This document shows, one piece after another, positions 1-12,804 of a stretch of 64,000 nucleotides of DNA (positions within the stretch are counted from its first letter, which is position 1; every line of letters starts with the position of its first letter). Both the position numbers and the translations under genes were made by a program. Source of the stretch: Octopus vulgaris (Eukaryota); the NCBI GenBank assembly GCA_951406725.2, contig OX597823.1, forward strand, positions 33,356,001 to 33,420,000. Reading direction: 5' to 3'. The notes below the pieces were generated by a model. That model did not search any database and was not told the DNA's origin. It was given only the letters and a program-made list of their open reading frames with translations.

Positions 1-229
1 TCATTGAGAAGGCCCAGGATGGCTGAAATGCATCTAGTATTCTAGATCACTGCTGGGACGATTTTTGTCATACTGCAGTATACATTGTGCTTTTAACACA
101 AGTTTAAAAAGAGATTTTCTCTCAGACGAAAATCACAGCATCATACCTTTCAATGGTGTATATACATTAAGTATGATACATAGATGGCTATTTTGATATA
201 ATGCTGTTTCAGATGCGTACATAGAGTTT

Positions 230-260
<31 letters not shown>

Positions 261-1117
261 ACAACAACGCACACACATACACACACATACACACACACAC
301 ACTCACACACACTCACACACATACACACACATACACACACATACATACATACATACATACATGCACACACAAACACACAAACGCACAAATATTTTATACG
401 TAATCGTTAGTCCGGCAATATATATTTTGTCGGTATAACGATTATGGATTAAATATTTATTTTCTCTTGGACTTATCCTTGAGAACTTTATTCTAAGAGG
501 CCGGACATAGCTTCCTTCAAATTGTCATCCTCTATGTGTGTGTGTGTGTATATATATATATATTTGTGTGTGAGTGTATATATAGCTTCAGCTGCTATCG
601 TCTTTACAACCAACTATAATATTTAAACATTTCTGAAAGGAAGATGAGCTGAAAATGTTGGAATAAAATATTTACCACAATATACAAGCTAAAGAGAAAA
701 GTTTAAATATTCCATTACGTCATCAGACGTTCAAATCCCCTCATTAATATAGCAATGCCTTCCACCTTCCTCTCCCTCACTTATCTGAGAAAATATTTTG
801 AATAAGCTTGATTCCACTCAAGGAATTTTGACATTTAATTTTTATTTCGTATTATTCGCTACTTTCACACATTCACATTTATATTTTGGAAAATCCCCAA
901 CATATGGCGAAGCCACCGCCAGCAGCACGTGGCGCATCGGAGTACTTACAGCCAACCCTAATCTAGCTTCCATAGCAGAATCAGTCGGGGGATTAGGGGT
1001 AAGTTAGTGATGCGTAAGAAAGGTCCGAACTCCAACGATCGAAATTTAGTTTGAGGTCACAACCAAAAACTTGAAGATATTTAACTCGTCGTTGTACCGT
1101 TCCCGCTAATCCGCCGC

Positions 1118-1226
<109 letters not shown>

Positions 1227-1228
1227 GT

Positions 1229-1503
1229 GTGGAGGCGCAATGGCCCAGTGGTTAGGGCAGCGGACTCGCGGTTGTGTGTTTGTATTGAGCGAAAACACTT
1301 GTAGCTCCTCGAGGCTCCGGCAGTGGGGGAGGGGGGGCGACCCCTGTTGTACTCTTTCGCCCCAACTTTCTCCCACTCTTTCTTCCTGTTTCTTGAGTAA
1401 CGCTGCGATGGACTGGCGTCCCGTCCAGCTGGGTTAAACACATATACCACAGAAACCTGGAAACCGGGCCCATGAGCCTGGCTAGGCTTGAAAAGGGCGC
1501 ATA
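1229..1503 (+). mobile_element. tRNA-headed SINE (family C), internally deleted
   Basis: A-box-like TGGCCCAGTGG head; body shared with 47588-47926; tail GCGATGGACTGGCGTCCCGTCCAG resembles V-domain SINEs; ends in TAA repeats. Confidence 0.75.
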
Positions 1504-1513
1504 AATAATAATA

Positions 1514-2043
1514 AATACCCTGCAGTACCAGGCAGTGGCTTTCATGGCGTCTCATTTTAACTGGTTGGAAGTGATATGTATATAGTTTTGTCTTGGTAAA
1601 AAAGATGGTTACAGCAAATATTCTACTCAATACCACAGATTTGCTTGTCCGTTGTTTGACCATAACCAGTTGAGCATGTCCCTTAGATGCTGATGATATG
1701 TGTATCTCTGATGATGAGCAGAAGTAGTGGGGGAGCATCATAGCCATGTGTTGAGAGGGATTTTTGGGGTTTCGATAATTCGCCTTTGGAAACATGGATT
1801 CATCATCCTTAAACAACCCTTTTGAGCGGGATGGGCTACTTGACCTGAAGAAAATTCTAACTGGGCCCCACTTGCAAGGTCATGCTCTGTTTATATTGAT
1901 ATGAGATCACAATGTCACGCACATATGGTTGTGATGCATGTGCCTGGGCCACCCTTATCAGACGGGTAGTCATGATGGGTATACTGGGCTTCGTATATTT
2001 TACCCCACTGTCACTTTGATGGCATGCACTGCTCTCTCATTCA
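1514..2043 (+). mobile_element. ~560-bp non-coding TAA-associated repeat, copy 1
   Basis: Homologous to 18579-19010, 20203-20768 and 20911-21468; ends CACTGCTCTCTCA(C/T)TC followed by (AAT)n. Confidence 0.85.
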
Positions 2044-2090
2044 ATAATAATAATAATAATAATAATAACAACAACAACAACAACAACAAC

Positions 2091-2126
<36 letters not shown>

Positions 2127-2139
2127 TATTATTATTATT

Positions 2140-2335
2140 TTGCTAAGATTTTGAGACTGGTACTTGGATGTTGAATGTCTCCCACGATAATTAAGAATCA
2201 AGAATCAAAGGTTATAATGTGAGGAAAGAGACCCTGTGAAACCTCTGAAAGCAGACTGCTGTCCGCTCTCACAGAATCTACCAGAACAAACAAGACCGAA
2301 AGTTCTGAGAAGTAAAACAATAAGAATAATAATAT
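2140..2335 (+). mobile_element. 3' tip of a Dong/R4-like LINE (ORF end plus 3' UTR)
   Basis: AKILRLVLGC* resembles the TAHILRRTLSIQ* end of the 56223 ORF; flanked by TAA/TTA repeats. Confidence 0.45.
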
Positions 2336-2379
2336 TCTACCAAGAATAAGACCGAACCAAAATAATAACAAATTAGAAA

Positions 2380-3035
2380 ATTAAAAAAAAAAGACGCTCA
2401 CCTTATTTTACAAATGATACTTGAAGAAATTATGAGAGCTTGGACAGATAGGATAATGTCGGTCTTCAAACCTTTCAGACGTGTCACCCCACAGCCTCTT
2501 TTGCCACAGCCACTAAGCTGAGAGAATTTTTCGTCCCCTTCCTGCCACAGGAAGGCAACACATTGATCATCCACACAGATCTAACGGACAGCCGCATTCG
2601 TCCTACACGTAACAGCAGCTGCTCGACACAAGTGCACAGTTCATTAACTGATGGAAACGGAACGATGGCGTGCAAGACGTGCTTCGTTGCCCTGCACTCA
2701 TCTCTGACAGGTTCGACCATGGGCGCTTCTGTGTCTCAGATATATAAAGACCTACCCATAGGAATGCCATACCAAGACTTTTGAAATTTGTCCATAGTTT
2801 CCAACCTGAAAGTCCTTTAGAAGAGTCCATTCAAACGACGTTCTTGTCAATGTCCAGTCAATTACAAGGCAACAAGTGTTGTTTTCCTGCTGACAGTCTT
2901 ATCCCGTTAATATAGTGCTGTGAGTTCCTGGCAACACTCTAAATGCCAAACGATTGACCTCGGTCTGTGCTTGACCCAAGAAAACGAGCTGTGGAGAGAT
3001 GTGTCGGATGAAGCCTCCCAATTAGTTCATCCTCA
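2380..3035 (-). mobile_element. Degenerate Tx1/L1-group LINE 3' fragment
   Basis: Homologous to 41700-42300 (FQKSW, C..TKHVLHAIV, LVAVAKEAV motifs). Confidence 0.7.
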
Positions 3036-3069
3036 AAGCAGCAACAGTAGCAACAACAATGATTATAAT

Positions 3070-3272
3070 TCCTTCTAATTTTGGTAAATGGTTAGCAGTT
3101 TTGAGTGGAGGGGGAAAATCGATGACACCGATTCTAGCATTTGACTGGTACTTTATTTTATGAAGTCCGAAAGAATGAAGGGCAAGGGTGACCTCGGCGG
3201 AATTTGAACCCAGAACGTAGAGTCAGAAGAAATGCTGCTAAGCACTTTGTCCGATTCGCGCTAACGATTCTG
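3070..3272 (-). mobile_element. SINE family A, diverged copy
   Basis: GACCTCGGCGGAATTTGAAC / CTGGTACTT core shared with 16917-17150. Confidence 0.8.
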
Positions 3273-5017
3273 GGGCAATCGCTATATAGATTGTACTCAG
3301 CCTTTACCATGAAACAGATGTTGTACAAACCTAAGCAATTTTATATTGGCTAAATTGATACGGTTCTCTTAAGAACAACCATGCACCTACAAGAAGTGGA
3401 CGCTACGAAGAGTACTTCGTCTACTCCACTCAAAAATGAAACTAATTATTTGAAAAACTCTGAAATAAGTAGCGAAAAGCTCCACAAAAAACAAAAACAA
3501 ACAAACACAAATTCATTAACCTAATTCTTTTCATTAAAACGTTAACCATTCACTAAACAAAATGTCCAGTAACGATAGAGTTAAAATAAACATACATACA
3601 TACACACATACCGTATTTGTATTTATGTGAAAAAATATTTATATTAACAGGATATAACATACACACACTCATACACACACATACACATACACACACACAC
3701 GTAAATATGTAGAAACATCTACAAACGCTCCTATTCATACACCACAACACATTAAGATTTTGTTCACTGGGTATAGAGGGAAGTATCGAGGAAATCACGA
3801 TGGCGATCGCCACCACCGTCAGCATCCTCGCCACCACCGCTATCGTCGCTGCTCCCGCCCCCACAACAATAACAATCTTGCCGTTTTTGAGATCAAATTC
3901 TCACTGAGGTTGTTACACACAAATTATCTCAGTTATTTAAGCATTTAATCAACTAATAGTGTGTAAAAATAGGCCATGTCCGATCAATTATATTTCTTTG
4001 TGTTTTTAAGAAGAAAACCTTTCTGACTGGTCGCATCTCTTCACTACAATGATGAACAGAGAGAAAGGAAATAGGAAAATTTCCTCAATGGTTGGGGGTC
4101 GTTATCGATCTTACAACTTTGATGTATCGTTGTGAGAGAGCCATTCTTTGTCCTGGTTTAAATAGAGGTCGGTGTCGATTGTGTAGGCTTATAATGAAAG
4201 ATGTTCCACCGAAGACGACCGTCTCAATTTTTTTTTTATTCAAGCAAAATTGATTCTTGTGTCAATTTGAACATCCTGTTGTTCAGTGGTGCCACAACTC
4301 GCAGGTAGAAGAGTAAATGGACAATCTCTTCTCTGAGTTAGTTGAATATTCTCACAGAAATACAGCTCTTCAGATGAGCTTCTAAGCAGTTTCGGTTCAG
4401 CCAAACTCACCCACGATGTTTAGTTTGCTCTGAGGCTACGATAAATGAAACACAATTGCAACGAACCCAGGATCTCATGGTTACGAAGTGAACTTCTTAA
4501 CCATTGAACCAATCATTTGTACACAGTAAATCAAAGCCTTATTTTCTTTTAAAACAGTAAAGTGTGTTTTGAAAGAGATTTCGTGGCTATACTCTGCAGG
4601 TCTAGAGGTTGTTTTGTTGGCGTTGCATCCTCCTATCCAATGTATGTATGAAAACATAGTTAAGAGAAAACTGGCATATTTAAGAGTGAGCTAAAAAGAT
4701 TTAAATTAATGAATTCAAATGAAGAGGAAAGCTCTTTAAAAAAATATTTTAAACTCTGGATAACAACTAAAAGGGAGGACAACTTCGAAATCCAAGTTAA
4801 TTAAAAATTGCACTGTATCATACAGTTGGGTGTGAGTCTGATCTTTAGTAACTATAGTGACAACTCCGAGCATGTTTCTGCCTTATTACATCACGTCAGT
4901 AAAACACGATCCTACATGTACATACCACGCCTTAGAATGCATGTGAGCACAAATTATTTGATTGACAAAACATGCACTGATTGGGAAATTCAAAATAATC
5001 ATTAGAGAATAACGAGG

Positions 5018-5370
5018 TGCAGGCATGGCTGTGTGGTAAGAAGTTTGCTTACCAACCACATAGTTTCAGGTTCAGTCCCACTCCATGTCACTTTGGACAA
5101 GTGTATTCTGTATCAGCCCCTGGCTGACCAATATCTCGTGAGTGAATCTGGTGGACGGAAACTGTAAGAATCCCGTCGTTTATATGTGTGTATATATGTG
5201 TGTGTATATGTGTATGTCTGTCTTTGTCTTTGTCTTCCCTTGCCACTTGACGATTGGTGTTGGTTTGTTTACGTCCCTATAACTTAGCAGTTCGGCAAAA
5301 GAGACCAACAGAGTAAGTACCAAACTTTAAAAAGTAAGAACGGGGGTCGAGTTATTCTTAACTAAAAACC
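5018..5370 (+). mobile_element. SINE family B (tRNA head, CORE-like segment)
   Basis: TGGCTGTGTGG A box, GGTTCAGTCCC B-box-like, CTTTGGACAAGTG CORE-like segment; many copies in window. Confidence 0.85.
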
Positions 5371-5411
5371 TTGTCTGCATGTCTTTCTGTGTGTGTTTGT
5401 GTGTGTGTGTG

Positions 5412-5457
<46 letters not shown>

Positions 5458-6168
5458 CTATCGATCTGTCTGTGTGTCTGCCTTCTACCTGGCTGTCTGT
5501 CCATGTACCTGTCTGACTGTCTGTCAGTCTTGGCCAGATGACAACAACCCTAATGGCTAACGACTAAAACAAATAAAAGATAAAAAGAAAATTACCCTGT
5601 TGGCACTTTCTGCAGTAGAAACTAGCAGCTAAGTGCAGTTGTGATAACTGATAACTATCAAGGCATATTTTCCATTCGACACCATCACATTCACCTAATT
5701 TCTGGTAAGTAGGAAGAAGTTTATACTTCTCTGAGGAGATTAAATAACATTGAAACATCTCCGGAATTCTGCCCCTTGCCTTTGACAAAGGTTTCTCACT
5801 TTATTAAAGGTATTATTTAAATTTTACTTAGTATTTTTCGTCTTATTGTATTATTTATGTTAGTCTCCACTTGACTATATATTCCCCAAGCAGAAGACAC
5901 CCTGGGAAATTCCCACCCAGACTCCATATGACAATGTTTGTCAATGTCTACACACTGTCTCCACAATCTCTCTTCCACTTTCTTTCTCTTCCTTTCTCCC
6001 TTCCCCTCCCTTTCTGTCAGCCTGTCAGTCTATCTGTCTATCTGTCTGTCTCTCAATCTCATACATAGATGGATAATAATTGCCGTAATGGTGATTGTCA
6101 CAACTCCATAATGTTTGTCTGTCTGCCTGTCTTTCTCTGTGTGTGTGTGTGTGTGTGTGTTGTGTGTG

Positions 6169-6203
<35 letters not shown>

Positions 6204-6358
6204 TATCGATCTGTCTGTGTGTCTGCCTTCTACCTGCCTGTCTGTCCATGTACCTGTCTGACTGTCTGTCAGTCTTGGCCATATGACAACAACCCTAATG
6301 GTTATTGTCTGTCTGTCTGTCTGTCTGTCCTTACTTGATGACACCACTACGGCACTAA

Positions 6359-6587
6359 CCTTTTTCTTTACTACCCACAAGGGGCTAAACACAGAGAGGA
6401 CAAACAAGGACAGACAATCAGATTAAGTCGATTATATCGACCTCAGTGCGTAACTGGTACTTATTTAATCGACCCCAAAAGGATGAAAGGCAAAGTCGAC
6501 CTCGGCGGAATTTGAACTCAGAACGTAACGGCAGACGAAATACCTCTAAGCATTTCGCCCGGCGTGCTAACGATTCTGCCAGCTCAC
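6359..6587 (-). mobile_element. SINE family A with 17-bp target-site duplication
   Basis: Reverse complement of 16917-17150; TSD CACCACTACGGCACTAA at 6342-6358 and 6588-6604. Confidence 0.9.
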
Positions 6588-6769
6588 CACCACTACGGCA
6601 CTAAACACCAGGCCGACTGTCACACTCCCAACTACACAGCCATGACGATAATAGCAAGTCAGATCCAGAGAGCGTTATTACTTCAACATGGCTACCAAGG
6701 AGCCATATTCCAATATTATCTTTACCCACTTTGATATTGATTGCCATTGATATGAAGTGGTAGCGAAGT

Positions 6770-7228
6770 AGAGCTGACAGTAGTAGTAGTAGTAGGTGTA
6801 GTAGCGGTGGTGGTGATGGCGGCGATTGTGGTGGTAGCAGTTTTAGTAAAGATGCTGGTGTTGGCGGTTGTGGTGATGATATCGGAGGTGGTGGCGGTGG
6901 CAGTATAGTGGTGGTGGTGGTGGTGATGGTGGTAGAGGAAGTGGTTTTTTGTGATGGTGGCGGTGGTGATGACGGTAGAGGTGGTGGTTTTGATGGAGGT
7001 ATTGCTGGTGCTAACGGTGGTAGTAGTGGTGGTGGTGACAGTGTTGTTTTAGTTGTTGTTGATGGTGGCAGTATATGCTGATGTTAGTGGTTGTGGTAAT
7101 GATGATGATGATGATGCTGGTGGGATGGCTGTGGTGACGGTTGCAGTGGTGGTGATGGTGGTGGCTGGGTAGTACTTGTGATTATAGAGGCGGTGATTGT
7201 TGTTACTGTGGTGATGGTGGAACTTCTA

Positions 7229-7284
<56 letters not shown>

Positions 7285-7690
7285 TGTAGTAGTAGTAGTA
7301 GTAGTAGTAGTACAAGTAGTAGTGGTGGTGATGGTGGTGGTGGTAGTGATGGTAGATATGATGACGGTAGCTTGTGATGGTGATATAGTTTAAACTGTGA
7401 CAGTAACCATGGTTACAGCGCAGAAAATCTTTAGTAGCAATGGTGGTGGTGGTGGGGATGTATTTATGTTTGTGGAATGCTGTGGTGGTGTGATGGGGAT
7501 GGCGTTCGTGGTGGTAGAAGTGGTTGTAGTGGTAGTTGTTTTGGTGGTGGTGGTGTAAGTATATCATGGTAGTGGTAAGGGTAGCAGCACAATGGTGGTG
7601 CTGGTGGTGGTGGAGGTGGTTGTTGTGATGGTTTTGGCAGTGGTGGCGGTAATAGGGATGATGGTTAGGGTGACCGTGTTGGCGATGGAG
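6770..7690. repeat. Degenerate (GGT/GTA/GAT)n low-complexity tract
   Basis: Mixed trinucleotide repeats. Confidence 0.9.
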
Positions 7691-7824
7691 GAGTTTTCAG
7701 TTTTTCCAACAAGATTTTCAAATGAAGACAACACGAACGCACACAAAGCAAACATGTACATACTCACACATACATATATGCATCCATACACGCACACATG
7801 TATACACACGTAAACACACAGACG

Positions 7825-7878
<54 letters not shown>

Positions 7879-7889
7879 AATTAAAGTCT

Positions 7890-9420
7890 ATACCAAAAGT
7901 ATATGAAGAACCTTGACCCACACAAGATAAAGGGATGGAGTTTGGTCAGAGTTGATGTTCCTACAAGAGTGTAAAACGAGGACGAATTTCAAGTCCATCT
8001 GGCAACATCTCTGTCAATGGTTTGACAATTTCTCTAATAATTGATTGGAATGCTTCAGGTAGCTAAAGATAGAGGGAAATATATGCTATAATGGCGTTTG
8101 CAAACGGAGAATATAACGCCCAGATTAAAAAAAATATAGGGTTCTGAAAAATCTCGATAGATCAATGGTTCAAAGTGTGTTTGAGGTATTAGCACTTATA
8201 GCTACATGAGATCCGGCCATGAATGGTTTCCGATCAATAGTGATGTTAACCGTCTCTAACTAAAACGGAAATAAAGAGGAAAAAGTTTACGATCGATTCA
8301 AACAGTATTTGAATGTCGCATCCCTTCGATAACATTTACTAATTACTAAGCGTCAAAATGTATGCCATACTTGATCCTCCATAAATAAAGTATGGCACAC
8401 AGGAAGGAAGTGATTAGAAAATCTGGAAAAAGGGAATACTTTCTGAGCATCTTGGAAAATATTTTCCGTGTGAAGACCAGGAGTATGCACTTAAAGAAGT
8501 CGTATGGGTCTTCTGCAACAGAAGATAAAATAAAATACTTTCTGCTTGTCTGCAGAAGATCATGCGCAAATGTGTTTTCAGAAAACTTCAAAGTAGCAGC
8601 AAAATGAATGACCAAAGAAGTCTGTCTTGGTGCAAGGACCGGTATGTTAGCTCTCATTTTAAGGAGTATGCACTTACTATCCGAGAATAGGAAACAAAAT
8701 AAGTGGGGATACAGGCAACACCGATATAAATTCTGTGGAATTTATTCCAAAGATGAAACTCACATTATAAGAAGCTGAACATGTCATCACTTGATTATCT
8801 CATTTAGTCTTTCTCATCTGTGGAAAGGCCCGGTTGTGAAGAAAACCCTGAAACGGTAGGCATTTTCTCCTGATGACTCCTGAAATCTACCAGCGTCCGA
8901 TATGCGTGCTTTCGATTGGCAGCACTTGTACAAACAAGCTGTTTGAAAGTCTCTATGGAGCATGATGTCGTAGCTGAAATAGTGTACAGAGCAATCTGTA
9001 AAATTGAATAGTACTGAATAACAAAATATTATAAGTTACAGTGACGAAGAGGGGGCATTCACCCACAATACTAAAAGAAAAAAATACTGGTGAGATGTGA
9101 ACATTGAAGTCTTTGTAAAATATAAGGGTAGCTGACCAAACATACTGGATAAAGCGGAAGAGAACAGAAAGTAACTTATGGTTGTAGACACGAGTTGTAT
9201 AGTTGACGCTAACACAGAGTTAGAGATAAAAGAAAAGAGATAATCTAAGCCAAACTGCTGCTGAGATATACTACACATTAAATATACCAAATACGGGTTA
9301 TAAAATTAGTTATAACTGTATAATTAATGAAAGATTTGGTTATGTAATTTACTGCATCAGGACAAATCTTGAGAAACACCTGGGTATATATTCTACATGC
9401 AGTTTAAAGGACACAAAAAA
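7890..9420 (+). mobile_element. Highly decayed Dong/R4-like RLE LINE (RT C-terminus to RLE)
   Basis: Manual translation: INSDVNRL*LKRK*RGKSLRSIQTVFECRI (~8235-8320), SHFKEYALTIRE*E, FCG..DETHIIRS, EHDVVAEIVY, YW*DV..PNI..VVDTSC; parallels 62960-64000. Confidence 0.7.
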
Positions 9421-9609
9421 CGTGGGACAAGAGGAGTAGTTGCCGCACCCGGACTAGTGATATATGCACTACATATCGCCCTTCGTTATTCAGGAACATA
9501 AGAGAGCTATTAAATATCTGATCAACAAAAGAGATAAGATGTCGAATGTGACGAACCAGTGTGGAAGGTGTAATCCATGTCGTCAACCAATCCCCACCCG
9601 CCCCAAACA

Positions 9610-10030
9610 CCTGCGGGGTATTACCTTACAGTGCAACTTGATATTGTGGTCAAAAATATTTACAGTGCTAACATCTAGAAGGATTGCTTGACGTTTGTAT
9701 CAAAGCATATCAAAACCAGGATGTGTCCATACCTTTAAAGATAAGGAATGCGGTAGAAACATTCCAGTAAAAACACGAACCCTGTAAAATAGTAACACAC
9801 CCAGCATTGTTGTGTGTAACAAGGAACAAAAATCATGTAATTTTGTAGAGGTCAGCTGACCAGCGAATGAGAATATTTCGAGCAAAGTCGTGGAGAAAGA
9901 GAATAACTATGGTGAACTATTGCAGGAATTAGAACCTTGTATCCCGGCTATGAATTCTCCTTTGTTCTTGTTGTCTTAGCTGCATTAGGCTTTGGAGCAA
10001 TGAATTCTCATAAAAGTTTAAAAATTCTGG
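9610..10030 (+). mobile_element. Second decayed Dong/R4-like RLE fragment
   Basis: YYLTVQLDIVVKNIY; PSIVVCNKEQKSCNFVEVS*PANENISSKVVEKENNYGELL; YPGYEFSFVLVVLAALGF. Confidence 0.7.
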
Positions 10031-11002
10031 TGTCTTCTAATAAACAACAATAACAAAACACTCTAATTCGAGTCCTCTGAATCCAATCGATTTTTAGAGA
10101 AAGGAAGATTCCAAAGATTCTCCATTTCCAGTTCCTGGAATAAACGTATACACTCAATCGTGTAAGTGCATATAGTATGCACACATACATAAATAGAGAG
10201 TATACACACACAGACACACAGACATTCTAGTGTACTAAAGGGACCTTCACTACACGGATGTATATAAATCTATACAGACACCTATATACACATCGGCCCA
10301 TGCATACAAGTATATTAATTGCTTTGCACATTCACATGTTTGGAACTGTCTTATAAAAGAAAAACAAAAAAGGAGAAAAGCCTTGTCACTTAGTGACCCG
10401 TTTGTTTTCACAGAGATAAGTGCGTAAACTTACATACATGCACTCACACATACATACAGATAAACATGCATACATATATATACATACATACACACAAATG
10501 TATATATATACAATTACACACATATACATGCATTCTAATATTTCGTTTAAGCATAGCAATACTCACTCACATACACACAAACACTCATACACACACATAC
10601 ACGTATACACATATATTTATACATACATACTGACAGACAGACATATAAATGCATACATAGATATGTGGCGATTGCTCCACTTTCGCAGATGATTGCCGTC
10701 TCGTTTCGCTTCCTCGCTGTCATTGGCATTTCTGACTTTCCATCCATGACCTCTCAGACCTGTACGGTTTGAAGCGAAGGTGGCAGACGCAAGTTATGAC
10801 TTATTATTGTACAGTTCCAATTGGTTCGGTCTGCACACGTCGCCGCTCTCTCATCGCCAGAGAACTTTCAGTAGATGGAATGACAAATGAGGTCAGCATA
10901 AAGAGACATCTGTGCCTCATTGGATTAGAGTGACAAACGCCAGTACAACACAAACACCACTCTCTGAGTCTCCGTGATTATATATATATATATATATATA
11001 TT

Positions 11003-11215
11003 TCAAAATGTGACCTCGTGTGTACCGTTGGCGATTTTTTCCCTCTGTCCTCCCTTCTCTGGATCTTTCCTTCTCCTATGTTTCCGACGAAGAGCTCCGC
11101 TCGAAACGTTAAACCCTCCTTCTTTCCTTCTTTCCTGAGCGTCCAATAATACTATATTTGTTCCACGTCCTCGCGTTGTTGTGTTTTTTTTGTGCTTTCT
11201 TGTTTGGATTAACTT
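11003..11215 (+). mobile_element. Short Penelope-like terminal-repeat element within (TA)n
   Basis: Near-identical inverted copy at 38671-38864; TA repeats on both sides; contains an HHR motif. Confidence 0.7.
11080..11114 (+). ncRNA. Minimal type I hammerhead ribozyme motif (CCGACGA core variant)
   Basis: GUUU-CCGACGA-A-GAGC-UCC-GCUC-GAAAC-GUU-AAAC: stem I GUUU/AAAC, stem II GAGC/GCUC, palindromic AACGUU. Confidence 0.7.
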
Positions 11216-11805
11216 TATATATATATATATATATACACACACACTAACTGAATAGTACGTCGTTGCTAGGAATTTTTTGCAATAGAATGCTTTATATAAC
11301 TTTTTTGTTTATTCCATGTCAGAGCATGCCTTCACCGACAGATAGGTCTCTTGATCAGGACAGATTTGTGCAATTTTTCGCATAAAATACTTCGTTTAGG
11401 ATATTTTCCTTTTAAAATTATTTACATGTCTATGACTTTATTTATTAAAACTTCAGACGTTCTTACAACTTTGGTCATCGTAATGCTTTGCTTTCGTTTG
11501 TTTAATAAAAATTCCTCCTCCTTATGAATTTGCTATCATTTCGTGATAGACAGCTATCATGCAGAATGGCAGCAATCAAGCAGTTACCGTGCAGAAAATG
11601 CCAGCTTCCATTTATTAAACTTTAAAACTCAGTAACATTTTTCTGCAATTTTTCTGGAATAAATAAATAATAAAATCGGATTTAACATGGAAAATTATTT
11701 CAATATACCAAATTTGGAAATGTTGATGTAATTTTAAAATCTCACAATATGTGACAGCAAGAAGGAAGACCCTACAAAAGTAGAGAGACAGAGAGTTATA
11801 GCACA

Positions 11806-11891
<86 letters not shown>

Positions 11892-12600
11892 ACACACACA
11901 CACATTTACAAACGTACTCACAGGTAATCACAAGTTTAAAATGGTGCATAGTAGACATATGTATGTATATATGCATGTATGTATATATGTATGTATGTGT
12001 GTATGTATGTACGTATACATGTATGTATGTATGTATGTATGTATGTATGTATGTATGTATGTATGTATGTATGTTTGTGTGTGTCTGTGTATGAGTGTTT
12101 CTTTGTGATAGACAGCAGAAAACCACCTACTCCTCTCCTTAAAGCTACGTCTTCCTCACACCCACCTTTCTGTGTATGTGTGTGTGTGTGTGTATGTTTG
12201 TGTGTGTCTGTGTGTATGTTTGTGTGTGTCTCTCTGTGTGTTGTATCAATGTATTTACGAAAGTATGTATGCAGCGCGCGTGTATATGACGTTATCATCC
12301 CATTCTCACCGCTATTCTCGCCTTCACTAATATAAATCACCCTGCTACCTTCCGACTAATACTTTTTGCAACCTTCTCATTTTATCATATAATTTGCCCA
12401 ACACCCATGAGAGGGCACATTATAGATTTTTTATTGAAATCCAATTAGTCTATTATTGAACGGGATGTTAGTGTAACATGTATGCAAAGTTTCGTGAATA
12501 TTGGTTCGCTGGTTTAGACACTAAGATGGTAACATACAGACAGAAATTACCATTTGTATATATATTATATTATATTATATTATATTATATTATATTATAT

Positions 12601-12663
<63 letters not shown>

Positions 12664-12666
<3 letters not shown>

Positions 12667-12766
12667 TTTCGCGGGGGTTACGTTCCCTGAGCACCCGCGA
12701 ATAGAGAAAAAGCACGAATATTGGACGTGGCTCATAAAATACCTATAAATGTCAAAATATGATGTA

Positions 12767-12804
<38 letters not shown>

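Noticed and set aside
8865-8895. CTGATGA..GAAA hammerhead-like match
   Set aside because: No stem II or stem I pairing; a chance match.
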